Below are positions 24,087 to 31,979 of a stretch of DNA of 32,000 bases, piece after piece. Numbering within the stretch: position 1 is the first letter of the stretch; the number at the start of each line of letters is the position of its first letter. A model generated the notes under the pieces. That model was not told where the DNA came from. It made no database searches and saw nothing but the letters and a program-made list of their open reading frames with translations. Both the position numbers and the translations under genes were made by a program. Source of the stretch: Limnochordales bacterium (GTDB taxonomy: Bacteria; Bacillota; Limnochordia; Limnochordales; Geochordaceae); NCBI GenBank assembly GCA_036562495.1, contig DATCKA010000068.1, positions 1 through 32,000 on the forward strand, given 5' to 3'.

Positions 24087-27000
24087 TCAGAAACTGTGCT
24101 GCCAGTCCAACCCCACGCGGAAGGCCCCGTCGCCGTTCTCGTCATCCCAGCTCAGGCGCCACGTCAGGTCGGGCCTCAACCTGTAAGACAATTCGAAGGA
24201 CTGCGAGCCTTCCGGGTCCAGTAGCTCACGCCGGTAGCGCACGTAGAGACGGCCGGGGTCCAGGTACTTCCCTGCCAGCAGCCGCAGGCTGCCGCTCTCC
24301 GTGCCCGGCACCAGGGCCACCTCGTCGAGGCCCAGGGCGGTGCGCACCGCTTCCTCCAGCGGGCCCATGGCCCAGGCGGCGAGTTGCTCGTTGACGCGGG
24401 CGATCCACCGCTGGCGAGAATCCTCCTCCGCCCTATCGAGCCCTGGCAGCAGCAGAGCCAGGATCTCCTCGCGGCTCATCTCGGGTTGAGCGGAGAGGCG
24501 AAGCTGGGTGGGGTCCGTGGTGGTCCCCTCGACGTGTAGCCGTACCGGGCCCTCGGGCGTGCTGGTGGTGGCGTCGAGGTCCACCTCGGGCACGAGCCCT
24601 CGCGAGGGGCTGAAGGTGAGGCGCCCCCGCTCGATGGCGAATTCCCGTCCGAAGTAGCGGACCCGAGCCTGCGTCAGCAGGACCTCGCCGGCCAGCGCCG
24701 GGGTACCGGTGGTGCCGGTCAGGCGCACCGCGCCCTCGGCCAGCGCCGTCCCACCGATGGCCGGCACCTCCAGCCGAATGGGCTGCTCGGCCTGCACGGT
24801 CACGTCCAGGGGGATGCCCCCTGCCGCCGCCGGACGGCCCTCGGCCCGTTCGAAGCTCTCGGGCAGCCGTACCATTCCCTGGCCGTTGAGCGGCAGGCCC
24901 GACGTCCCACCGGGAAGACCGATGCCCCAGAGGGTCACCCGCCCGTCCCTCACGCCCAGCCGACCCGAGAGGACGGGACGGCTGCCCGGCGTCCAGGCAC
25001 CGGCCCAGCGCAACTCCCCGGTGAAGGTGCCGGCGAGTTGCAAGCTGCCGGTCGGCCGCATGTCGACGGAGACCCGGCGTACCTCCATCCGCACGTCGAC
25101 CGGGTACAGTCGCAGGGGCCAGATGGCTTGCAGTTGCGCCTCGCCGCTCAACTGCACGTCGCCCCCACGGGCGGAGCGAGCCTGGCCCTGAGCCAGGCGG
25201 ATGGTCCGGCCCTCGACGCGCAGGTCGACCACGATGTCCGTCAGCGGATTGAGACGCTCCTGCGGCGCCACCAGCCGGTCGGCCTGCACCGAGAGCCCAC
25301 CGCTGACGTTGGGCGCTTGCAGGGTACCGGAGACCACCACGTCCCCCGTGAGGCGCCCGCCCTCCACCTGCCACGCGGGCAGGAGCTGGCGCACCAGCTC
25401 CAGCGGGAAACGCTCCATGCGGGCCCGCACGTCCATGGTGGCGGCCGCGTCGGCGCCGAGCAACGTCAGTGGCACGCTCCCGCCGATGCGCGCCACCTCC
25501 CGGTCCTGCACGGAGACGAGGACTTCTTCCAGCATCAACGTGGGGGACTCCAGGCGCAGGCCGCCCTCGACGGCCGCAGACAATCCGCCCTCGGAGCGCT
25601 GGCGCAGCCGGAAATTCGCCTGACCCGTCTGCAGGTCCGCCGCCAGGCGCAGGGCCATGGTGCCCTCGACCTCGCCGCCTTGCAGCGACGCATCCTCGAT
25701 CTGCCACACCCCATCCTCGAAGCGGATGGCCGCCTGCAGGGTGCCCAGTTCGTAGCCGGCCAGCCCCAGCCGGTCCGCGCGCACCTGGCCCGCCAGGGTC
25801 CCGTCGACGAGCGAGCCGGCGAAGGTGGCGTACCCGCGCCACGACCGCAGCCACGGACGCAATGCCCGCCCACCCAGGTTGATGAGGTCGCCCGCGATCC
25901 GGTAGCCACCGCCCTGCTCCCTGACGACCTCGATGCTGCCGTCGGGCCCGTCGAAGCTGGCCATGGCGAGCACCGGGGTTCGTCGCCTGGGCCCCGTATG
26001 GCCCGCCGGGTCCGTCCAGGCCAGCTCGATGGCGAAGTCGCCGGCCACCTCCCCGCCGCCCCCGGTCAGGGCTGTCGGCCCATCGCCCACGCCGTCCCCC
26101 GACCCGAGCAGGCTGCGAAAAGCCGTCAAGGCCTCGGTGGAGGCGAGGCCCTCGACCCGACCGGTCAATGTCAGCCACACGCGTGCAGGCTCGCCGGCCA
26201 CCGGTCGCGCCGATGTCCTCCAACGCAGCTCAGCGCCGAGGGCCAGGACGCCGCTGCCAGCAGCGGCGACGATCTCATCGACCGTCGCCTGGCCGGAGGT
26301 CAGGTCGGCGACGACGTGGGCCTCCGCGCCGCCGACGGCCAGGCCCAGCAACCGCCCGGAGGGCGTCTGCAACTCCCCGTCGACCTGCCACGGCCCCGTC
26401 AGCGACCCGCTGAGGCGGCCGCGAGCGGCCACGGAATTGACGGCGTAGCCCGACCACCAGGGCAGGTCCTCGCCGGGCTGCAGACCGGCCACTTCGAAGT
26501 CGATGGTGGCTGCGTGAGGCCAGGAGTCGGCCAGGCTGCCTGCGACGGCGCCGCGCGCCTCTCCCTTGCGGACCCTCCCGCCGATCAGGCGCAGACCATC
26601 GGCATCCTGCCGGATCTCGCCTTCCAGACGTAGACCGGCCAGCAGCCTCCCCCACCGGCCGCCCGCCTCGGGGACCGGGCGGACCTGCGCGACCACCTCG
26701 ATGGGGGGCAGCCCTTCGGGGCCCCAGGTGCCGTCCGTCCGCCAGTCGATCTGCCAGGGACCCGAGCCTTCGACCGGGCCGGTCCACTCCAGCCGGCCGG
26801 CGAGATCCACCTGGAGCGTCTGCTCGTCCGCCAGGTGCGCCGAGCCGCTCGCACTCGAGACGAGACCCTCGTGCGCGATGGTCAGGCGCCGCAGCACCAC
26901 CCTGGTACCGGAGGCGACGGCCAGGAAGTCGGCCCGGGCGGCGCCCAGCTCCACCGATCCCTCGGCCTGCACCTGCCCCGGCCCCAACACCTGCAGCTGA

Positions 27001-27623
27001 CCGGCACTGCGCCAGGGCGTGCGGACCCACTCGCCGGGCGTGGCGCCCGGCTCCTCCCATACGCCGTCGAGCCCCCAGGAGAGGGAGTCTCCCGTCGCGA
27101 GCCACCCCATTGCCAGCGGCAACTGGCGCAGACCGTCGAGGAGGACCCGCTGGATGCGTGCGATCCGCTCTCGCAGCCCGGGAGGCGTCTCGTCGCCCGG
27201 CTGCGCCTCCGGAAGCTCCTCCTCGGCGCCCTCCTGGGCCGGGCGGATCACCACGCCGCTCGCCTCGACCCGCCGCACGCTGCTCGCCGGCTGGCGGGGA
27301 TGGGCGATGACGGCCGGTACGTCGACCCCCACCGTGACGCCGGGAGCGTAGATCTGACCGCCGCCTCGGAGATCCAGCTGCACGGGCGCCAGCCTTACGG
27401 CCGACGGCAATGCCAGGGCCGCCTCGCCCACCTGGATGGTGAGCCCCGCGTCCTGGCCCACGTCGCTCAGGGCCTGGCGTACCGCCACGCTGAGATTCGC
27501 GTTGATCTCTGGCAACGCGGTCCACGCGGCGACGCCCAGCGTGCTCGCCAGGAGCAAGGAAACGGCCAGCAGCCACCGTGCCGGAGGCCGGGTTCGATGT
27601 CGCGTCGGCTGTAGGTCACTCAT
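24087..27623 (-). CDS. tamB: TamB / AsmA-like translocation and assembly module protein (DUF490 C-terminus)
   Basis: 1178 aa. N-terminal signal-anchor RWLLAVSLLLASTLGVAAWTAL, then a long repetitive beta-rich body. C-terminus: SLRLLAGKYLDPGRLYVRYRRELLDPEGSQSFELSYRLRPDLTWRLSWDDENGDGAFRVGLDWQHSF, typical of TamB DUF490. It lies directly upstream of bamA. Confidence 0.8.
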   Translation of the reverse strand: MSDLQPTRHRTRPPARWLLAVSLLLASTLGVAAWTALPEINANLSVAVRQALSDVGQDAGLTIQVGEAALALPSAVRLAPVQLDLRGGGQIYAPGVTVGVDVPAVIAHPRQPASSVRRVEASGVVIRPAQEGAEEELPEAQPGDETPPGLRERIARIQRVLLDGLRQLPLAMGWLATGDSLSWGLDGVWEEPGATPGEWVRTPWRSAGQLQVLGPGQVQAEGSVELGAARADFLAVASGTRVVLRRLTIAHEGLVSSASGSAHLADEQTLQVDLAGRLEWTGPVEGSGPWQIDWRTDGTWGPEGLPPIEVVAQVRPVPEAGGRWGRLLAGLRLEGEIRQDADGLRLIGGRVRKGEARGAVAGSLADSWPHAATIDFEVAGLQPGEDLPWWSGYAVNSVAARGRLSGSLTGPWQVDGELQTPSGRLLGLAVGGAEAHVVADLTSGQATVDEIVAAAGSGVLALGAELRWRTSARPVAGEPARVWLTLTGRVEGLASTEALTAFRSLLGSGDGVGDGPTALTGGGGEVAGDFAIELAWTDPAGHTGPRRRTPVLAMASFDGPDGSIEVVREQGGGYRIAGDLINLGGRALRPWLRSWRGYATFAGSLVDGTLAGQVRADRLGLAGYELGTLQAAIRFEDGVWQIEDASLQGGEVEGTMALRLAADLQTGQANFRLRQRSEGGLSAAVEGGLRLESPTLMLEEVLVSVQDREVARIGGSVPLTLLGADAAATMDVRARMERFPLELVRQLLPAWQVEGGRLTGDVVVSGTLQAPNVSGGLSVQADRLVAPQERLNPLTDIVVDLRVEGRTIRLAQGQARSARGGDVQLSGEAQLQAIWPLRLYPVDVRMEVRRVSVDMRPTGSLQLAGTFTGELRWAGAWTPGSRPVLSGRLGVRDGRVTLWGIGLPGGTSGLPLNGQGMVRLPESFERAEGRPAAAGGIPLDVTVQAEQPIRLEVPAIGGTALAEGAVRLTGTTGTPALAGEVLLTQARVRYFGREFAIERGRLTFSPSRGLVPEVDLDATTSTPEGPVRLHVEGTTTDPTQLRLSAQPEMSREEILALLLPGLDRAEEDSRQRWIARVNEQLAAWAMGPLEEAVRTALGLDEVALVPGTESGSLRLLAGKYLDPGRLYVRYRRELLDPEGSQSFELSYRLRPDLTWRLSWDDENGDGAFRVGLDWQHSF

Positions 27624-27715
27624 GGTGCGATTCGTGTTGGACCTTCGATGAAAAGGGGACGATTCCCGTTACCGGGCGTGTGCCAATGGCTGGCGGCTCA
27701 GGAGGACGCTGCGAC

Positions 27716-29734
27716 TCACGGGGTCGAAAGGCCGCCGCTTGCCTGCACGGCACCGGGACCTCTCGCCGGCTCGGTAGATCGGCTCAGGATTCGCACGTCG
27801 AACGATGTGCTGCCCTCGATGACCCAGGGCGTGATGAGCGTGCGCTTGACGGCGCCCGTCTCGGTCCGCTCCTCCCCGGGCTTCGTCGTCGACCCCGCCG
27901 ACGAGCCGTCGCCCGGCACCCGGGTCGCCCGCCCGCTCGCCGGCGGGTCGGTCGGCTCGTCGGCCTCGTCCGCCCGCACCGGCAACACTCCAGGATAAAA
28001 CTCGGCCACCAATTCGTTGCTCTTCTCGCGTCCCTCCAGGGTCTCGATGAGCTTCTCGAGGTTGGTGGGGACCTCTCCCTCGTCGAGGGGCGCTTCCTCA
28101 GGCTCCTCGGACTCCGTCGGGGCCCCCTCGCCGGACAGCAGGCTCTCCAGGTCCAGACCCAGGGAGAAGCTGCCGGGGCTCCCGCCTCGCACCGTCACGC
28201 TGACAGTGCCCGGGGCCGCGTCCTCGGGGATCTGCAGCGTCAGGATGCGGGTCTCGAGCTCCCCCCGGTAGGGGAGGAGATCCACCGCCACGCCCAGGCG
28301 CTCACCCGGACGCACCGCGTCGTTGAGCGGCCTGGCCCTGACGATGGCAGCCGTCTGGCGCTGCTGGCTCACCTGCACCGTCAGGTCGATGGAGGTCAGC
28401 CCGATATCCTCGAACCGGTTGGTCAGCAGGGTCTGCAACGTGCCCAAGAAGTCGCTCAGCAGGCGCGCCGAGATGTCCGACGGGCTGTAGTCCATCGCGT
28501 CTCGTGCGAAAGTACCGCCTCCGGGCAGCGCCCTACCGTGGATCCGGTAGATGGTCCGGGCAGTCCCAGGGCCGATGCGGTCCAGCCCTCTGTCCAGCGC
28601 CTCCAGCGATGCGATGGCCACGAGCGGTACCGTCAGCAGGTCGTCACGCACCACCCGGGCCTCGAAGGTCCTGGATCGGCCGGCCGACACATCCTCGACC
28701 GTCACCATCAGCCGGATGGCGTCGGGCTCCGCGTCGGTCCGCCCCGCCACAGCGGCCCGGCGGTCCTCGGTCAGCACGGCCTTCGGCTCGCCGATGAGGC
28801 TGCCGACCTTGAAGGGGACGGTAAGACTGCTGACGGTACGATGGATGTAGGCCGGCCCGGCGAAGAAGTCGACGCTGCCCTTCTGGAGGAAGGGATGGCC
28901 GAAGCCCACGAACCGGGAGCCATCGACGTAGGTGACCGTCCCGATGGCCGTGAGGCTGACATCCCCGTGCACCAAGCCGACCCCGAAGGCGCTGCCCGGC
29001 TGAAGCTCGACCGACTCCGCCCCCGTCGCCCCACCCACGCCCACGGGGGCCGCTCCGCCTCCCGGCACCAGCATGAGCCCGAAGGGAGCCAAGAGCCGCT
29101 CCACGGCTCGACGCGCTCGCGGCCCGAAGCCGCCCACCATCACCGGTGTGGCCACGGGTACCATGATCGCCGTGTCTTTTGGCAACGTCTCCCGCATCCG
29201 CTGGGCAGAGGCCGGGTCGGAGGCGAGGGCGACGTGTCGGTACACGCCTCGCTCCCGGGCCTGGGGCCCGAGGCCGCTCGACTCGGGCGATGGCTCGCCC
29301 GGCACGCGACGCAGCACCTCGAGCATGTCCTCGATGGGCGTCACCATGCCCACCGAGTGATCGCTAAACTCGAAGGCGTACCCGATGGCCCCCAACAGCC
29401 GGCCATCGACGTAGACGGGGCTGCCGCTCATGCCCGCCGCGATCCCACCGAAGCCCTCCACCGCAGGGCCGCTCACCCTGACCAGGATCAGGTCGCCGGC
29501 GGGCCCGGCCTGCTCGACGACGCCCAGGACCTCCACGTCGAACCGGTCGATGCGCGTCCCCTGCACCACCGTCAGGCCGTATCCGGTCAGCCCGGGCCGC
29601 ACCTGCTCGACGGGAAGCAGCTGGGGTGCGCCCAGGGCACCGGCAGCCATCGCGAGGCAGATCCCGATGGCGGCGAGCGCGACCGACAGGCCGCGTGGGA
29701 GCACGTGCTCGAGGCGGCGGGCCCCTCTCACCAA
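27716..29734 (-). CDS. Secreted SpoIVB-like (peptidase S55-type) serine protease with C-terminal extension
   Basis: 672 aa. TTG start at 29734 with GAAGGGA 8 nt upstream. Signal peptide LSVALAAIGICLAMAAGALGA. GGIAAGMSGSPVYVDGRLLGAIGYAF resembles the SpoIVB catalytic-Ser motif GMSGSPI...GAVTHV. LTAIGTVTYVDGSRFVGFGHPF resembles the SpoIVB GTLTFY...GALGH His motif. The C-terminal third has an acidic low-complexity linker. Confidence 0.6.
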   Translation of the reverse strand: MVRGARRLEHVLPRGLSVALAAIGICLAMAAGALGAPQLLPVEQVRPGLTGYGLTVVQGTRIDRFDVEVLGVVEQAGPAGDLILVRVSGPAVEGFGGIAAGMSGSPVYVDGRLLGAIGYAFEFSDHSVGMVTPIEDMLEVLRRVPGEPSPESSGLGPQARERGVYRHVALASDPASAQRMRETLPKDTAIMVPVATPVMVGGFGPRARRAVERLLAPFGLMLVPGGGAAPVGVGGATGAESVELQPGSAFGVGLVHGDVSLTAIGTVTYVDGSRFVGFGHPFLQKGSVDFFAGPAYIHRTVSSLTVPFKVGSLIGEPKAVLTEDRRAAVAGRTDAEPDAIRLMVTVEDVSAGRSRTFEARVVRDDLLTVPLVAIASLEALDRGLDRIGPGTARTIYRIHGRALPGGGTFARDAMDYSPSDISARLLSDFLGTLQTLLTNRFEDIGLTSIDLTVQVSQQRQTAAIVRARPLNDAVRPGERLGVAVDLLPYRGELETRILTLQIPEDAAPGTVSVTVRGGSPGSFSLGLDLESLLSGEGAPTESEEPEEAPLDEGEVPTNLEKLIETLEGREKSNELVAEFYPGVLPVRADEADEPTDPPASGRATRVPGDGSSAGSTTKPGEERTETGAVKRTLITPWVIEGSTSFDVRILSRSTEPARGPGAVQASGGLSTP

Positions 29735-29765
29735 GGCAGCAGTCCCTTCGGCGCCGGGGGGTGAT

Positions 29766-30248
29766 CTAGACGCGGACGGGATCGCCCACCCCCCTGGCTT
29801 CCCCTCTATTCCCCTCAGCGATGTGGTCTCCTGTCAATGCACGCGAAAACTCGTCGACCAAGAGTCGCGCCAGTCGACCCGGGCCTGCGTCCACCAGCAG
29901 TGTCGCCGTGGCCTGACAAAACCACTCCCCGTACACCTGCCCCGCCATGCCCTCGCCGAAGAGGCTGCCCTCGCCCGGCTTGAGGGCTTGTTGCAGCAGG
30001 TGCGACCAGAGCCATGCCTCCAGTTGCCCTGCCGCCCAGCGCAGGCCGGCCTCGCCCTTGAGCGTCCCGCTTTCCGGCGGCACGACCCAGGGTGCCGGCA
30101 CGGACGCTGCCGGGCCATCGGTCCGGGCCTCATGGAGGATCGTTCGAAAGCTCTCCCTCGACCCTGACCGCGCGGGCCGCTCGGACGGGGCCGGACCGAC
30201 CGCACCGCGGCGCGCCACCGCGAAGGCCGCCATCTCCGCCACTGTCAC
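29766..30248 (-). CDS. Flagellar rod-binding protein (FlgJ N-terminal-domain-like), with no muramidase domain
   Basis: 160 aa from GTG 30248..30246 (GTGA overlap with the flgI stop). LEAWLWSHLLQQALKPGEGSLFGEGMAGQVYGEWFCQATATLLVDAGPGRLARLLVDEF fits the rod-binding domain pattern, and the gene sits immediately downstream of flgI. Confidence 0.6.
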   Translation of the reverse strand: MTVAEMAAFAVARRGAVGPAPSERPARSGSRESFRTILHEARTDGPAASVPAPWVVPPESGTLKGEAGLRWAAGQLEAWLWSHLLQQALKPGEGSLFGEGMAGQVYGEWFCQATATLLVDAGPGRLARLLVDEFSRALTGDHIAEGNRGEARGVGDPVRV

Positions 30249-31387
30249 AGCACCTCCAGCTCGGCGTACAGGGCACCCGCCGCCCGGATGGCCTCCAGGA
30301 TGGCGATGATGTCCTTGGGCGTCAGGCCTGAGGCGTTGAGCGCATCGACCAGCTCGCCCACGCTGGCGCCGGCCTGCAGGAGCGTGGCACGACCCGGCGG
30401 GGACTCGCTGCGGGAGGGCAAGCCACGGACCGCACCCAAGTCGTCGTCGGGAGCCGTCGCGCCCACCTCGACCCGGATGCCGCCGTGGGCTACGGCTACG
30501 GGCGCGATGCGCACCTGATGGCCCAGCACCACCGTGCCGGTGCGTTCGTTGATGACCACTCGCGCCGGCGCCGACGGCGTCACCATCAGCTGCTCGAGTC
30601 GCGCCACCAGGAGGGCAGGGTCCTGCTGGTACGCCTCCGGCAGTCGCACCGTCACGACGGCCCCATCCAGGGTAAACGCCAGCGGCTCTCCCAGCTCCTG
30701 GTTGATGGCGTCCACCATGCGCGCAGCGGTGGTGAAGTCGGGCTGGTACAGGACGAGGCGCACCGTCCCCTCCTGGGCCACCGCCGCCGGCACGGCCCGC
30801 TCGACGATGGCCCCACCCGGGATGGTCGCGACGGTGGGGTGCACCCGCTGGCCCGTCAGGCTGCGAGCCGTGCTGCCGCCCACCACCAGCGGTCCCTGTG
30901 CCACGGCGTACACCTCGCCATCGGCACCCTGGAGGGGCGTCTGCAGCAGGACACCCCCTGCCAGGCTGCGGGCGTCCCCCATGGAAGAGACCGTCACGTC
31001 CACCCGGTCACCGGGGCGGGCCAGCGACGGCAGGAGCGCCGTCACCATGACGGCGGCCACGTTGCGCGCCCGCAGCTGGCCGGGATCGACGGCCAGCCCG
31101 AAGTAGCGGAGCATATTGGCGACCATCTGGGCCGAGACACCCCGGCTGTCGCCGGTCCCCTCCAGCCCCACGACGAGCCCCAGGCCCACCAGCTGGTTGG
31201 GGCGGAGCCCCTCCAGTCGGGCGAGGTCCACGATCCGCACGGCAGGCGCCGCAAGCGGGGCGACCGCGCCTTCGGACTGGGCGAGGGCGCCTGCTGCCCA
31301 CCCCACCAGCAGCGACAGCGAGAGCACCGTGGCCCCGGCTCGTCCAGCGCGTCGTAGCATCGCCTCGATGGCCATGGCCGCTCCCAC
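30245..31387 (-). CDS. flgI: Flagellar P-ring protein FlgI
   Basis: VRIVDLARLEGLRPNQLVGLGLVVGLEGTGDS, NVAAVMVTALLP, RPGDRVDVTVSSMGDARSLAGGVLLQTPLQGADGEVYAVAQGPLVVGG, and the ending ILEAIRAAGALYAELEVL. The start is GTG 31387 or ATG 31375, the latter with GAGGTGGGAG 5 nt upstream. Confidence 0.95.
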   Translation of the reverse strand: MGAAMAIEAMLRRAGRAGATVLSLSLLVGWAAGALAQSEGAVAPLAAPAVRIVDLARLEGLRPNQLVGLGLVVGLEGTGDSRGVSAQMVANMLRYFGLAVDPGQLRARNVAAVMVTALLPSLARPGDRVDVTVSSMGDARSLAGGVLLQTPLQGADGEVYAVAQGPLVVGGSTARSLTGQRVHPTVATIPGGAIVERAVPAAVAQEGTVRLVLYQPDFTTAARMVDAINQELGEPLAFTLDGAVVTVRLPEAYQQDPALLVARLEQLMVTPSAPARVVINERTGTVVLGHQVRIAPVAVAHGGIRVEVGATAPDDDLGAVRGLPSRSESPPGRATLLQAGASVGELVDALNASGLTPKDIIAILEAIRAAGALYAELEVL

Positions 31388-31388
31388 C

Positions 31389-31979
31389 TCAGAAGAGCCA
31401 GTCGAAGATGCGGGTCAAGATGCCCGGCTTCTGCTCCGCTCCCAAGGCCCCCGTGCCTCGCAGCACGATCTGGGCGTCCGCCACGTACGTCGACAGCACG
31501 GTGTTTTCCCGGGAAATATCCTCAGGCCGTACGATGCCGGTCAACACGATCTCCTGATGCTCCTCGTTGATGACGATGGTCTGTCGCCCCTCGACCCGCA
31601 AGGCGCCGCCGGGGAGCACCTCGACCACCCGGGCGGTCATCTGCGCCTTGACGCTGCCGGTGCGCACCGTGCGCCCGCTCCCGTCGAACGCGCTGCCCCC
31701 CGACGCCCCCAGCAGCGGGATGAAGTCCAGCAGCCCCTGGCCGGGGCCGATCTTGAGGGAACCTTCGCGTTCGCTCCCCGTCGATGCGGCCGAAGTGGCC
31801 TCGGCGCGCTCCACGATGATGATGGTCACCAGATCCCCCACCCGGCGGGCCCTGGCGTCGGCATACAGCCCTCCGGCGAAGCCCGACTGGGTCTCCTGTG
31901 CCTTGGCCCACAGGGACTCGGCCGCCGCCCCGCTCGCGCTCGCCGAGACAAGCGCAGCCATCAGGGCCAGACCCGCCAT
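31389..31979 (-). CDS. flgH: Flagellar L-ring protein FlgH
   Basis: LYADARARRVGDLVTIIIVE, GSGRTVRTGSVKAQMTARVVEVLPGGALRVEGRQTIVINEEHQEIVLTGIVRPEDI, SRENTVLSTYVADAQI. The reading frame stays open upstream to the window end, so the true start could lie beyond 32000. Confidence 0.9.
   Translation of the reverse strand: MAGLALMAALVSASASGAAAESLWAKAQETQSGFAGGLYADARARRVGDLVTIIIVERAEATSAASTGSEREGSLKIGPGQGLLDFIPLLGASGGSAFDGSGRTVRTGSVKAQMTARVVEVLPGGALRVEGRQTIVINEEHQEIVLTGIVRPEDISRENTVLSTYVADAQIVLRGTGALGAEQKPGILTRIFDWLF

Noticed and set aside
22207-24186. 659-aa plus-strand ORF
   Set aside because: It lies antisense to bamA and has the same shadow-ORF composition (R/G/P/H/D/L-rich with no motifs). bamA on the opposite strand has POTRA repeats, an Omp85 barrel and a terminal Phe.
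29650-29700. Possible lipobox in the S55-like protease signal peptide (AIGIC)
   Set aside because: Ile at position -1 and Gly at position -2 do not fit the usual L-[AS]-[GA]-C pattern. The hydrophobic region continues past the Cys to an AGALGA site more typical of signal peptidase I.
27578-29764. 728-aa plus-strand ORF
   Set aside because: It lies antisense to the S55-like protease gene. The sequence is low-complexity and R/G/P/H-rich, with no signal peptide or TM segment and no motifs.
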